Assembly (NCBI GenBank): GCA_043228905.1
Contig: JBHGNT010000006.1
Coordinates: 5,580,001-5,644,000, forward strand
Length of the DNA stretch: 64,000 nt
From: Azolla caroliniana
Lineage: Eukaryota; Plantae; Polypodiophyta
Reading direction: 5' to 3'
The notes beneath the pieces were generated by a model. It was not told the origin of the DNA. It saw only the letters and a list, made by a program, of their open reading frames with translations, and ran no database searches. The translations under genes were made by a program, and so were the position numbers. How positions within the stretch are numbered: position 1 is the first letter of the stretch; every line of letters begins with the position of its first letter. Positions 23,435-36,489 of the stretch are shown here, piece by piece.

Positions 23435-26400
23435 ATGCTGTCGCAGAAAGCAGATCACACAATCGTTCTCGATGTTCCATCGCCTTCTGCAGCTTTAGAG
23501 AAGGAGGAGGAGGAAGAAGAAGAAGATAATTCGTCTTCTTCTTCGTCTTCTGATGAGGATGATGATCATGATGAAGTCGGGAGCTCCGACCAGGGTTCTT
23601 CTTCTTCTTCTTCTCCTTCTTCTTCTTCTCGAAGTGAACAGAATACAGAGCCCATTGCCATCGATTCCTCAACAACAACATCTTCTTCTTCCTTCTCTCA
23701 GGAACGTCCATGTATCATGAAAGGAGGCCATGGTCCTGCAAATAGTAGCGACGGCTTCTCTTTATTCGTCACTGCGCGATCTTTTCTCCTATCTGAAGCT
23801 TCGCTCAGTAGGGAAACCACGCTGAGCCCAGGGTTTCGATCTGCTGCAGCTATGGCTGGGTGGGACGATGAATCTCTTCTGATGGCAGCACTTCAAGAAG
23901 AAGATAATTGTTTACCTGTCGGCCTCATGGTCGAAGAAGAAGGAGGAGACGAAAAAGAACACAAGAAAGAGAACACAGATATGCAGGAAATGTCTCCGAT
24001 ATTTGTCAAGAAAATGTCGCAGATAGATTCGATCAGAAACGTCCGCGATAGGAAACGGGACCAAAGAACTCCGCAGCAAGCTGCCACACCATTGAGCGCA
24101 GGAAGGAGGTGCTTAGAAAAAGACTTTACTTTACATTACTTTCTCTTCCTCTTTTTCATTCCCGTAATGTCAATCAGACTGTCTCTGTATGGAGAAAATT
24201 GGATATTTGTGAGTGATTGTTCTCCAAGGAGTAGAAAACCAAAGATCGATCGATTCAGTGTATCTTTATGATCAATTAATTAGATGTATATTTTTGTGAT
24301 CAATAAATCAGATATGCCAAACTTTGATTTTTCTCTTTGGCGGCGTGGGGAAAATGCTGAATCACTCTCCCCGATGGAGTGGAACGACAATAGCTTCTGT
24401 TTTCTGTAAATGGAGAGAATTGTAATAAAAGCGCATTTTTTTGTCGATGAACGGTTCCTCTTCTTCTTCCAGGAGTAGGAAGCCGAGGAGGCAAGGCATC
24501 CATGGATGCTCTCCAGAAACTCTCCCCATCGGAGACCTGAGCTTGAAAGAAGAGTTCCGAACAGGAATAAGCAGCGAGTTACGACGCGGAGATGGAGGAA
24601 AAAACCTAGAAGAAGAGATGAAGCGAGAAGCAAAGAAAGCACCTCTAGTAGTTGCATCGTCGTCATCATCTTCATCTTTACCTTCTTCTTCTGATGCTGC
24701 AGCATCAGGTGATGTAGCTTTTTCATCGTCTTCGTCATCATCATCATCGTCTTCTTATGATGCTGCAGAAAGGATGTCGATGAGATAATTGCATCACCTG
24801 ATAGTATCAGGTGATGAAATTATCTCATCGACATCCTTTCTTTTCTGTGCTGAATCTTCTCAATTCTCTAATCAACCTAGAGTCATCAAATCGCTCTTCT
24901 TCTATCTCTCTCGTTTGTGCAGGAAACGGCGTGGCTGCATCTTTCGTCAGCTTGAAAGAGGCATTTCGAACAGAAATGAACAGCGATGCTGTGCGATGCA
25001 TAGATGGATCGAAAAACATGCAGGAGGATCTGAAGGGAGAACAAAAGCAAGGAACTGTAGCTATTATGCCGTCTTCTTCTTCGTCTGATGCATCAGGTCA
25101 AGTAAAGGCATTTCAATTCTGCATTGCCCGTTTTCTTGCCAGTCTGTATCTATGGATTCTTCTTCTGTCTCTAAGTATGTTACAAACTATATGTGCAGGT
25201 CACGGCGTGGCTATTTCTGTTCTACCAAAGCTCCAGGACACAAAACCTGCCTGTTTGGATCAATTAAGGGATGAACTCTCATGCGCAGTAGGATTTTCTT
25301 CGTCATTTCATTTATCATCATCATCCCCATGGTTTTTCCATCCTTAGCGTGCTCTTATTTTCTTCTTCTTGCGTTCAGGTATGCTTGGACATCTGCTATA
25401 AACCTTCATCTACCTCCTGCGGCCACAGGTAGTAGAAAAACAACCTCTCTTACCCAGGAATGTTTATGTTTGTCATGCAGGAAATATGATTAAAAAGGTA
25501 TTGTCTGTTTGGTACAGTTTCTGTCGTGCTTGTCTGCAATCTGTGCTTCAGAGGTGTGGACTTCGATGCCCGAAATGCAGACAACAGCTCAAGTAAGAAC
25601 GCATTCCATAGCGAGGGTCAGGTTTGAGATGCAACCAAGGCACAATAGACATAGATTTTACAGACAACTAGTGTTAGGCTCATGCTTGTATCACTAGTTA
25701 ACAGACAGTAGGGTTTTGATACATATATTAACATCAGATTGTTATATGGCTTTATCGCAACCTAGAACCCTAGCTCGCATAGGTACAATAGCTAGGGTTA
25801 TGATTATGATACAGCTACAGCCTTAATATGGCATTGTTATACCGGCTGTTTCTAAATGCAAATCCTAAGTCACGTCAAAGTAGCAACCAATGCTAGGGTT
25901 GGGTCCACACTTTATCATCGCAACAAGGAACATGTTTCTTTAGGTAGGGTTAGGTTTTAAATAATCAAGGCCGCATAGCTTCAAATAAGAGTGCATGCCA
26001 TAGCCATGTTTAGCTTAGATTCAGCCATCGTTTGACATCCTTAATGTGACACCACCGCTTAACTTATTGTAGTTAAGAGTTAGTGTGGCAATATATATAT
26101 ATATATATATATATATATGGATTTGCAGGCAGGTTTAACGAATGTGGGAGTTTGCTATAAAAATTGCAGAGGCGAGACATGGAGGAACTGCCCTGTGAAT
26201 GTGGTGCTGTGGAACACGGTACAGCTGCTGTTCCCAGCGGAGATCGAAGCGAGAAAGGAAGCATCGAGAGCAGGGAACAAGAAGGATGATGAGGAACCGA
26301 GGAGGGCAACTGGATCAACGGCCGTGCTCATAACAAGTGGGCAACAGCAGCAGCATGGGGGGAGCAGCAGTGATGCTGGAACAGCTACTGCAAATTGGCG

Positions 26401-26779
26401 GAGTGCACGGCCGCCTGCAGCCGGGCTGCTTCGTAGGAGAGGAGGAAGCAGTGGTGCTTTGGGCAGTGGCCACAGCCGGAGATTATCATCAGTTACGACA
26501 GGAGTGACTCCTCCCGCTAATTTGTTGATTGCTGGTGATGATGCCGGTTCTTCATCCACGGCTGAATCGAGGCGGCAGCGCCAGGTTCGTGCCGATGCTG
26601 CATTCGCTAGGCAGCTCCAAATGCAGCTCATGGTGCGGTCTAGGCAAGAGGCCGAGGATATTGCCGCCGGTTCCGGTGGAAGTGGAAGAAGAGGCTCCTC
26701 CTCCACCAACCTTGCCAGCGCCGCCGCCAATCTCCGTGCGGTCGCGCAACGTGTTGCTCGGTACCAAACCCGGCATTGA
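23435..26779 (+). CDS. C3HC4 RING-finger E3 ubiquitin ligase, ~635 aa; exons 23435-24108, 24473-24708, 24923-25096, 25199-25287, 25379-25428, 25518-25592, 26170-26779
   Basis: Spliced RING LRDELSCA|VCLDICYKPSSTSCGHS|FCRACLQ...CPKCRQ, then CPVNVVLWNTVQLLFP. Upstream plant motif SPGFRSAAAMAGWDDESLL. GT-AG introns; 1908 nt in frame. The start codon is uncertain. Confidence 0.85.
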
Positions 26780-28579
26780 TTAGTTCATACAATCCCCCCC
26801 ATACCAAACCCCCGGATGGACGGACATGCGCCATCCATTGGGAGGCGTTTTGGACTTGCGTGATCTTGATCGGTTCTCAATTGTCTGGCCAAAGCAAATA
26901 TGCCAATGACAAGCCACACCAAACCCTCTTCTTGTTGTGGGCGGGTCAGAAGGACATTTCATTGCAAAACTTCTCTATGTATTCAAAAACATGAAACTCC
27001 CTCCCCATCCATATAGTTTGCTGCATTTTGTGTTGGATTTTGGATGCTTCCTCGGGATCCTCGATGAATATTATGGTGATGTTATGCCGTGGTTGTTGAA
27101 TAATGGAGTGAAAAGAACTTTAAAGGTTATGGATATAGATGTATGGCGATTGAAGTATTGTCTATATATACAAAATAGAAGGCATATCATATGGACAAGA
27201 TACAATTTAGAAGGATTATCATGTTCTTTCTGGAACCAAGTACTTATATTGTGTAAATTTGAGGAATAACAACGTGGTTTCTTTAAACCGTCTCATATGC
27301 ATGAGTTGCTTCATCTTAGTAGACTTATATTTGGTTGATGCACCTCCTAGGTTGGTAGGGATCCTTTCTTTGGAGAACTACATAGTGGTAGGTGAACTTA
27401 TCTAGGGTTAAAGTGGTAGGTGAGCCAACTTAATTTGGGAAGTGAGGTTTTTGACTCGGATCAGCAAACTTTAATTGTAACATTAACATGTTCAAGACTC
27501 GTGCATGATCTCTCCAAAATGTATCCGTGACCATATATTTTCCTAATTATGCAGTTTTCACAAGATGGTATGAACATTTTTATAACCTTACATTATATGT
27601 CTGCATATCCATAATACAAGCATATCACTTTGGTGTACCTGATTGAGAATCAAACATTTTGTGTGCATTGGTAGTGTTTTGATTAAGATTGGTCGTGACA
27701 CAAAAGCTAACCACGTATCATTGTAAACCTACTATTAACATAATCTCACCATTGACATGAACCTCCATCATTGTTATAGTAAAACACATAATAGTAAAAG
27801 TACCCCATCCCGTTATTTCAATATTGTTGGTAGCAATCCTTTATTTGAATACATACTTTGTCATTGACATGGATAAACAAACCCCGAACGATAGGAACAA
27901 AATGCCTTTAGTAACTTTGTGATTGTCCAAGTGTTCCTTGTTGTTGATGCCAAGAGGTTTAGGAAAGATTGCTCTCAAAAAGGGATGATGTGAATGTGCC
28001 ACACTATTTTCCATAGTGACACTTACCACTTGATGATATGTTTCTCAAAGGTTGTGTTTTTGTGCATATACCAAATAACAACGGGCAATTACTAGAGTCC
28101 CAAACATACAAGCATCCTAGAAGCACAATAGTACACCTTCATATGAAAAGAAAACATATAAGCAAAAGCTTGGTTGGTTGTTTGGATGGGATGGGTAATG
28201 CAAGATAATGGGTTGTGGGTCAAAGGGGGGCAAAAGAGCCAAAAGTTTTCAAAGCTCACCATCCATCGTGGTAAAAAATTCACTTTGTTGCAAAAAAAGG
28301 CCTACTTGTTGATCAAGAAATGTGTTTATCCCTTGCATGCCAAAAAGGAACCCTAGATGTATGCATAGATTAGATGGGCTCCTTCTCCCTCCCTAACCAC
28401 GAGGTTTGACTTTGACGTTAAATTGATTTTCTTTATACTATATGGGAGAATGAGGTGGATGTGAGCCCCCATACGCTATATCTATTTCCCGGGGCATTGA
28501 AAAAGAAGCGTAGCGAGTGAGAGAATGAGTGACACACACTTGACGTCTCATCATAATCACGGCCCAGGAGCGGGTCAGG

Positions 28580-28835
28580 TCTGCATTCTAATGGAATTGA
28601 AACTTGATACATGTCCTCATTCGAACGGAATCTAGACTCGATACACGTCCGCATTCAAATGGAATCGAAACTCGATCCGCGCCCGCATTCGAAAGAATCG
28701 AAACTCGATATGCGTCCACATTTGAACAGAATCGGAACTTGATATGCATTTCACATTCAAACAAAATCAAAACTCGATACACGTCCGCATTCAAATGGAA
28801 TTGGAACTCGATATGCGTCCGCATTCGAATGAATC
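28580..28835. repeat. ~35-bp tandem repeat array upstream of the F-box gene
   Basis: About 7 degenerate copies of gcattcgaatggaatcgaaactcgatacacgtcc. Confidence 0.8.
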
Positions 28836-30461
28836 ACTCGTGGATGAAGAAGTTTTCCCAAAGACAAATAAAAATAATTCCATGAAGAATAAGTAGCACG
28901 ATGATGATGATGATCTCGCGGAGTAAAAATATGTTGGAAAATTTGGGTTTTTTTATTTTTTACATTCTTCTGTTCTTTCATTCACAATCTCATTTTGCTC
29001 TGTTTTTTTTGCTCACTTTGATTTCCATTCTTCCTCTTTTTCCTGTTTCTCCGGGGAGATGTTGTGAAGTGCTTTTCTGAAGAAGGGGGGGGGGGGGTGT
29101 GGGAGGTTTAAAGAGATGCAGATTCATATCCATCAGATCACGTACAGGTAGTATCTCTTCCTTTCATCTCTTTCAGATTCTTTTGGAGTTTAAATGAAGG
29201 ACGGAAGAGAAAGGAAGGAGCCAGAGAAATAATTACGAGTAAAAGATATCCGCTTGTCAATAATGGGTTTCCTGCAAATGGGGAAATTGAACGCTTTTAA
29301 GGTTGCAGAGTAAAGATGGGGCTGTCGGGTTTCATAGTAAAACGTGTTTTACTTTCTTTCTTCTGTAAAAGAAAATCACATAACAGTGTCCAATTCTGTA
29401 TGCCAGTCTATAGTTCAAATGGATTGTGAATCTGTTACCATTGTTATTTGGTTCTGAATGCACGTTTCGGGCACTATAAGAATTTTGAACTAGAATAAAC
29501 ATGCTACAACAATGATGTTAAATGTTGTGAAAGGTTAAGCTTGCCTGGATTTCTATATGGTTCAATGGTGAATGTGATATAATCAATGATTTATTGTTGT
29601 TTCTTGTGTTTTGCATGGTCTGATCAAGATACATGTTAGTATTTGAGTGAAAGTACATATGCCAAAATGGTGTGAAACATTGTGGAGGATATCTATGAAC
29701 CTTAAGGATAAGTATGAGCAAAATCTTGGAAGCGTGGTAGCATCCCCCTCAAGTTACACCATTTGTATCTCAGTTTGGATCCTAAGAGAAACTTGCAAAT
29801 CTTGATCAGACTGACAAAATGTAATAGCATGCCAAAGATTGATACTGTTGATTCACCATCTTTCAATAGAATTTCTTAGCAAGTTCATCCCTCCACACTT
29901 GTGACATTATTTCGGCAGATGTATTTCAGTTTGGATATTGCCAGGAACGTTTGTTTGTATCATAATGAGAAAGTGCCATTACGTGAGAAAACAACATAAA
30001 ATGAATTTGGTATCAGATACCGCCTAGATATAGAACTCTGATTATCCAACAAATCCTTTAACATGAGAAACAAAAATAAAAGACTGATGATGTGATTATA
30101 GAACTGCATACCAAGTCCAATGCGGATCTTCCTTCACTTAAATAACTCATGTCTTGTTAGGGATATGCTCACTTCGGTGGTATTTTTATTTGCTCTATCT
30201 CTATGGGCAATTCTATGGTTATAAGCAGCAAATAAAAATGTGTGAACAAAGGTCATGGAATTAGTACAATCTCCCACTTATCTCTTTCATTCTCTCTCTT
30301 TCAATATCCCATGCTGTTTCTGATTTCCATGGTATCATTTTAAGTTATCCTCTTATTAATTAATTTTGGCTGTAAAACTTGTTTCAGCATACTAAATATC
30401 TTGAACAAGGAATCATAAGGTGAAAAATTCTGTCGCATTACTTGACAAGCATCCCGTGTCA

Positions 30462-33400
30462 ATGCCAACAAATGTAATGGTTAGGAGAGAAGTACAATAC
30501 TTACAAACGCAACGACCTTGGCTGAGTGAGTACTTTCTGCATCACAGTTTCTCTTAATGGACTCATTGACAAACTATAATGTGTATTTTTTGCTTATGAC
30601 GTGCTTTACTTATACGTCTTGCTCCACTTGCATTCCCAATTTGTGCAGTGAAGTGCCTGTTTATAACCTCAGATAAAATATGGCTTGTATACGTGATCAT
30701 ACATTTAATATATCATGTTTGATAATCTGACGGGGAAGCATATATTCTTTAGGTTCCACGTTCTTCGTCTTCTTTATTAAAGATATTCAGAGAATCTATC
30801 TTTCCTTAATGCAATGAGGAAATATACTTTTGAAGATGGGAAATCTGGCTGACCAACTAATGCTTCTCAAGTCAGTAGAATTTCAAAGGTTATAGTCAAT
30901 TTTGTGGGGTGACAAGAATTTCATGTTATTGTTCTCAAAATCTCGATCCACTAGCATTGAATAGGATTTGCAACTGAAGAAGTCTGGACTATTAGTTGGA
31001 GAGTAGGATTTCTATCTTTCCAAGTAGAATTAGAATTAACCATTAATTCCTTGATATTACTAGTCTTTGTTATCTGTTTGTGATTTTCTAATCTTCAACT
31101 CTTTGTTAATATTAGATTCAGCAAATTACATTAGGTTACCAGATTTGTTATGCACATGAAAACATGTGAATAGATCACAATATGTTTTGTGGAATCTAAT
31201 TCTTTGTTTTCATTTGTTGTAGGCCTCTATGGGACAAGGATTAGACCTGTTGCACCATTTGGGAGCCTTAGCAGTAATCCTCCCATTGATCTTTCTCTTA
31301 TACATCAAGCACTCCCAGATGAACTGCTTTTTGAGGTTCATACTGATATTGATACATCTATATCGCCTCTTGTTTCTGGCTGATATCTAAATTATTCCTG
31401 CTAAGAATCTGTCTTTTCTGTGTTATATAATATAACACAGGTCTTTCTCCGGATGACACCTTACAGTTTGGGCCGTGCGGGATGTGTATGTCGGAAGTGG
31501 AGATATGCTACCAGAAATCCATATCTTTGGCAAAATGTTTGCCTGAATGCATGGCAGGCAAGTGCTTTTTGTCTTCATTCTTAAGATGTGCAATGTTCGT
31601 CTCAAAGCTGGATAATTCCTCTAAATCTATGCGCAAAATATTTCTGTTATTCTTACTCATATGAATGACCATTTTTATCAGATGTTTGGACGAGAAGAAA
31701 ATCAGAAAATGGTGCAATCATGTTATGGTGGCTCATGGCGTAAAATGTGGATATCGAGGCCGAGACTTCGTTTTGATGGTTGGGGAATGTTGTTTAAAAA
31801 ATCTGGTATATTCTGCTCCAATGCATTAGTACCTATATTTTCCTGAATATATGTGGATATTCTACAGGTTTGTTTGTGAGCCGTAACACATATATTAGGG
31901 CAGGTGTTGCAGAATGGAAGGTGACCAATCCAGTTCATTTAGTAAGTTCCATCACAGCTTTCGTTTTCTTTAGTAACAGTCACTTATCCCGAAACATCTT
32001 GACAAAAAATGGGGTAAAGAGACGAATCTCGTTGTATTGGATTGGTTGTTTGGTCAAAGTGATTTTCTCTTTTCCACTGCGAGTTGCTGAAGATAAAAGG
32101 AATAAATTTCATAGAAATTTTGATTATTTTATTTCTTCTTTTGATTGGAATTTGCTGTAAGCATGTTCCACAATGGGAAGCCTTTTTTATGTACTCGTGC
32201 ACATGCATACAAATAGACATGTATGATATGATATAGATGAAGAGATTTTATCAATGAATCTTAAGGAGGCTAGAGTGGCCTCTGAGACCCAAAATAAGAC
32301 ACAGCACGAAAACATGCATTGTCTGAAAGAGCTCAAACTATCTTAAGCATGCAAACCTTTCCCTGCTTTCCTTGTGGTCTGACTATTGCATTAGGGTTGT
32401 TTGACACTATCAGGTTTATGCCTCTTTTCATTACCTTTTCTATAATGTCCATTTGTGGACTTTTGTAACTCCTGGCTCTGCACCTAAACCTGTGCCATTT
32501 AGAAAATAAAGAGAGAGGTCATAACTTTTGTGATTATGATTATAGGTTTGCTACTACAGATATATAAGATTCTACCCAAGCGGGAGGTTTCTTTATAAAG
32601 TAAGAAACATTCAAGTCATATAGTTCCTCTGAATGATGTGAATTGCTTTTTCTCTTTATCAAAGCAGTGCATTTAAAATGGACTTCAAGTCTTCTGTCTG
32701 AGGAAAAGTTCCTTTGAATGCAGGTATCTCCTCTGAGGCTGAAGGAAGTTGCAAAGATATTTCAAGGGAGGGGACTGAAATCCGATTCTGTATATTCAGG
32801 GAAGTATACTCTTAACCATGATCAGGTATGATGTTCACTGCATGACCTTTACACAAGAATGAATTGTAAATTTTGTTTTGCACAAATAACAAATGTTTTC
32901 TTCATAATTATCATATGTCAGGTTGAAGCTGCAGTCTTGTATCCAGGTTTGAGGCCTACAGTCTTACGAATCCAGTTGAGGTTGGTTTTAAATCTACTAC
33001 TTGATACTCTTGAATCCTAAACAATAAATGTGGGAGGAAATCCTTATATGTTGAAAGTGGATTTCTCTGATTGGACGTGATAATACTATGATGTCTGCAG
33101 TAACTCTTAGATGTCTTATGCATCACACATAAAAAGCTAGATGCGATTTTTCCATGGTAGATTGAGCTGTTGCTAAGGATGCCAGAAGCAGCTTTTGATT
33201 TTCATAAAGTTACTATGTAGCCGATATTGTCTGAGACAGAGATAAGTATGCAAAGTTTGCCTTAGTAAAAACCTGAATGTTTGATATGGGTCGGAAGTAG
33301 ATATATTCATGTTACACTTGGTTGTGAGATATCTCCATTCTGTCCATAATAACCAAAATTATACCCATCCAAATAAAAATTTATTGGCAAAAGAGTCTGA

Positions 33401-36400
33401 ATTATGAAACCAAATAGCAAAATAACTTACTAACACTATAAGCAGGAAATATTAACATAGAGTGTGGCACAGTTTGAAGGGGGTATTTTGTCACAGGAAT
33501 AGACAAGTGCATGTGAAATGTGATTGGGATCACCAGAGTCGTGAACAAAGGAAGACGTGATTCTAGATGTTGTTTCTACTCTCAATGTGTGGGAACACTT
33601 CCGCATGAGAACGTGTGTGGATGGATGCACAATTGTGAAGTTTTTCCGTTTTAATGAGTGCTTGGTATGGTAGTAGTGCATGTGATATATGTGTGAATGT
33701 GGCAATTTGCAAGTATGCATGAAGGATGTAGTTGTATTTCACTGTTTGTATGTTTATATGCGGACAAGTGTGTAAGATGTTCATGCATTTGTAATCATAA
33801 GAGTTTGTGTGTAGGGGTTTTGTATATATGAATGGGGTAGGGATGGAGGGAACTTATAGTTTAAGAGCAGTTAGGACTTCTGTCCCAAATACCCATGACA
33901 TTCTACCCATGATGGCTACCCACGGTTGGAGCTACTTGCTGGCTTTTAATGATGGCTGTCCACAATGAACAGCTGCTCACGACGGCAGTTGAGCACAGGA
34001 TGGTAGCAGCTTGCCATAAGAGTTCCTTCATGCAGAGCTACATGAAAGGGCAGTTCACGAGAGAACTTGAGTTTTCTCGTGTTCAGCTAGATGAGGAATG
34101 ATTTCTTATTTGTAGCCAGGCATGGAAGTTAATTCTCTGCTTTCCCCAACTCTTCTTTCTTTGGTTTAGCATTCACAATGGGAGAACCCCTTTAGAGTTC
34201 ACACGAGGAAACTTCCACTTTTCCAATGAAGAAGAATGATCCCATTAATGTAGCGGCAATTTTCGGAAGGAACGGTCTGAAGTGGCAACTTGGGAAGAGG
34301 CTCATGGGGCCCACTTGTCACTGAAGCCTAGATGTTAGAATTCCAAAACTTTCAAACCTGACAATGAGTTCTCTTTCTTACTTTAGGATTCAAGAGTTCT
34401 CTCTTCTTAGCATGTGCCACTACTTTTTTGCTAACATGTAGTTATTTTTACCCGGGTTTGTTAGAAATATTGAGAATCGATTAGATAGACATATAGAGTT
34501 ACAATGTCAGAGATGGATATATGAAAACAAACTTTCTATTACTTCCGAGAGTAGCTCACAATGGTAGTTCACCCATGTGCTCACACCTTAGAGCTTAGAT
34601 AGGATCTGGACCAGCTCACCACAAAATTAGTGGGGACAGATGATAGTCTCAGCCACTGTACTGTGTAAGAGAGTGGATTATATTCTCTGTTTGGTCTGAG
34701 TGTAACATTAAATGTGCAAATCTGTTGATAGTAGTGGAGATATTCCTTTTCTGTCAACTGACTTGTCATTTAATATGACCTAGCTCCCTAGATACAAGCT
34801 AGTGCTAGATAGTACTTATCTTAAAGTCAATGCCACATACTTCAAGACTAAGTACATCATAACTTACCCACAAAATATTCTTCTAGTTGACTTGATTAGT
34901 CAATCCTATTAGTTCATTTCGCTCTTTCCTAAATACATTGTGTCCTACTCATCTACAGTTTCCTAGATTGACAACTTATCAACTCATATGGTCGGGTTGC
35001 ACAATAGCTACTCATTTGGGGCGCTATCACAAAATGTACACTCTAAGAGTACATATGGGGATAAATTGACAACTTGGGGTTGATAATTGATTATATCTAA
35101 CAGGTTCAACTAAATGTGTGTCGATCATCCCCGTTTAGCATGCTTCCTCATCTTTACTAATGCATTATAATTCCATTTTCCTTTCTGGTTGTTATTATTT
35201 GCATTTCTTGACCCCTTCGTTGGCAGTGATTAGCCTCACCATTTAAGCAATCCTTCATTGTTGAGGACAGCTACATGCTGAGCCTGACTAAATCAAAGTG
35301 TAAAAGGATGAAGATCCAGGAAGCCTGACGCTGGCACCTGTTTTGTTTCAGCGCTCTCGAAACACGTTTCATGGCAGCCTTCTTGGAATAATGATACAGA
35401 AAATATCCCAATCCTACGTGAATCTCTGTCATTGAATGAAGTGGGGGTGTGCCATAGCCTATATACATGATCTGATATGACCTTGACAGAAAAATTGCAA
35501 GGAGTTCCTCCAGGAGATCAATGGGGATTATTTAATCTGCTGTCACAAAAGCAATCCATTCATTCATTCACAGTGTCTAAATTTTCAGTTTACAAGTGTG
35601 TTGTTGGATGACTGTAGGTTACAAGGACTCATGCGACCTGTGCCCTATTTCTAGCTTCCCTATTGTTAGTTTCAGTCACTCTCCTGGTATCACGCCTTGT
35701 AGAAATTGTTTATAAATTTTGCTAGTTTGTAGCACAGAGAGGCACCCCACATGTTTGTTTGAATGGGGATGTCTATAGTAGGGTACATGGAAAACTAGTG
35801 CATCATCTTGTTTGCTCCTGTACTTTTTTTCCACATTATCTAGGCAGAGTCTTTTGTTTAATCAGAGATTTTATTATAGTAGAAGGTTGAATAATGTAAA
35901 TAACATAAGTTTTCTAATGTCTGAATCTCTTTTGGAAACTGAATGTTTATTCAAACATGTACTGAAATGCAATAGATAGTATGCTCTTCTATATCTTATG
36001 GCATCAGAATGTTCATGCAGGATACGGGGAACTATACTCGGTGCATACAACCGGATGGATTTGGTCTCACTAGTGACAAGTGGGCTACATGAAGAGTTAC
36101 GGGACCACGATGAGAATTTACTCGAAATGACAAGTAGATTGGATGATGAGAATCCTGACGACATGCCAGCTATCTCACATCGAAGAGGCCTTGCTCCATT
36201 TGTATTTGTACCATTTACGGAAGTGAGTTGATTCTATTTCTGTGTTGTTAATGAACTTGGGTAAACCTTACTGTCTCTATTGGTATTTAGCGTACATGTT
36301 TGAATATTGCTCATGAAATGAAATGGGTATTACAGTAATGCTGCTAATGAATTGAGTGTATTACTATTGAATATCATCATTTTCCTAATGCCAATATATA

Positions 36401-36489
36401 ATGAAAATTTCTTACTGGTTTTGTCATAGGTGGACACATCAGATTTGAATTTACCTGTTGATAAGATGGACTACTTTGTACCTGGATGA
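30462..36489 (+). CDS. FBP7: F-box protein 7 (FBP7/SKIP32, FBXO9-like), ~313 aa; exons 30462-30525, 31223-31335, 31441-31557, 31682-31778, 31868-31941, 32546-32599, 32724-32825, 32922-32980, 36021-36222, 36430-36489
   Basis: [17 protein letters not shown]-box [73 protein letters not shown]. 942 nt in frame, one GC-AG intron. Probable leader exon ending at 29147; start codon uncertain. Confidence 0.92.
34459..35102. mobile_element. Solo LTR (644 bp) in FBP7 intron 8
   Basis: TGTTAGA...TCTAACA inverted termini; direct repeat GGTT on both sides (34455-34458, 35103-35106). Confidence 0.7.

Noticed and set aside
26155-26730. 191-aa antisense ORF in the last RING exon
   Set aside because: Expected shadow ORF in a GC-rich exon.
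28580-28835. CRISPR-like periodicity
   Set aside because: No unique spacers, degenerate units, eukaryotic context and no cas genes.
29516-30100. TGGTATCAGA PBS-like motif near 30008 in the FBP7 leader intron
   Set aside because: No adjacent CA-terminated LTR, TSD or gag remnant could be defined.
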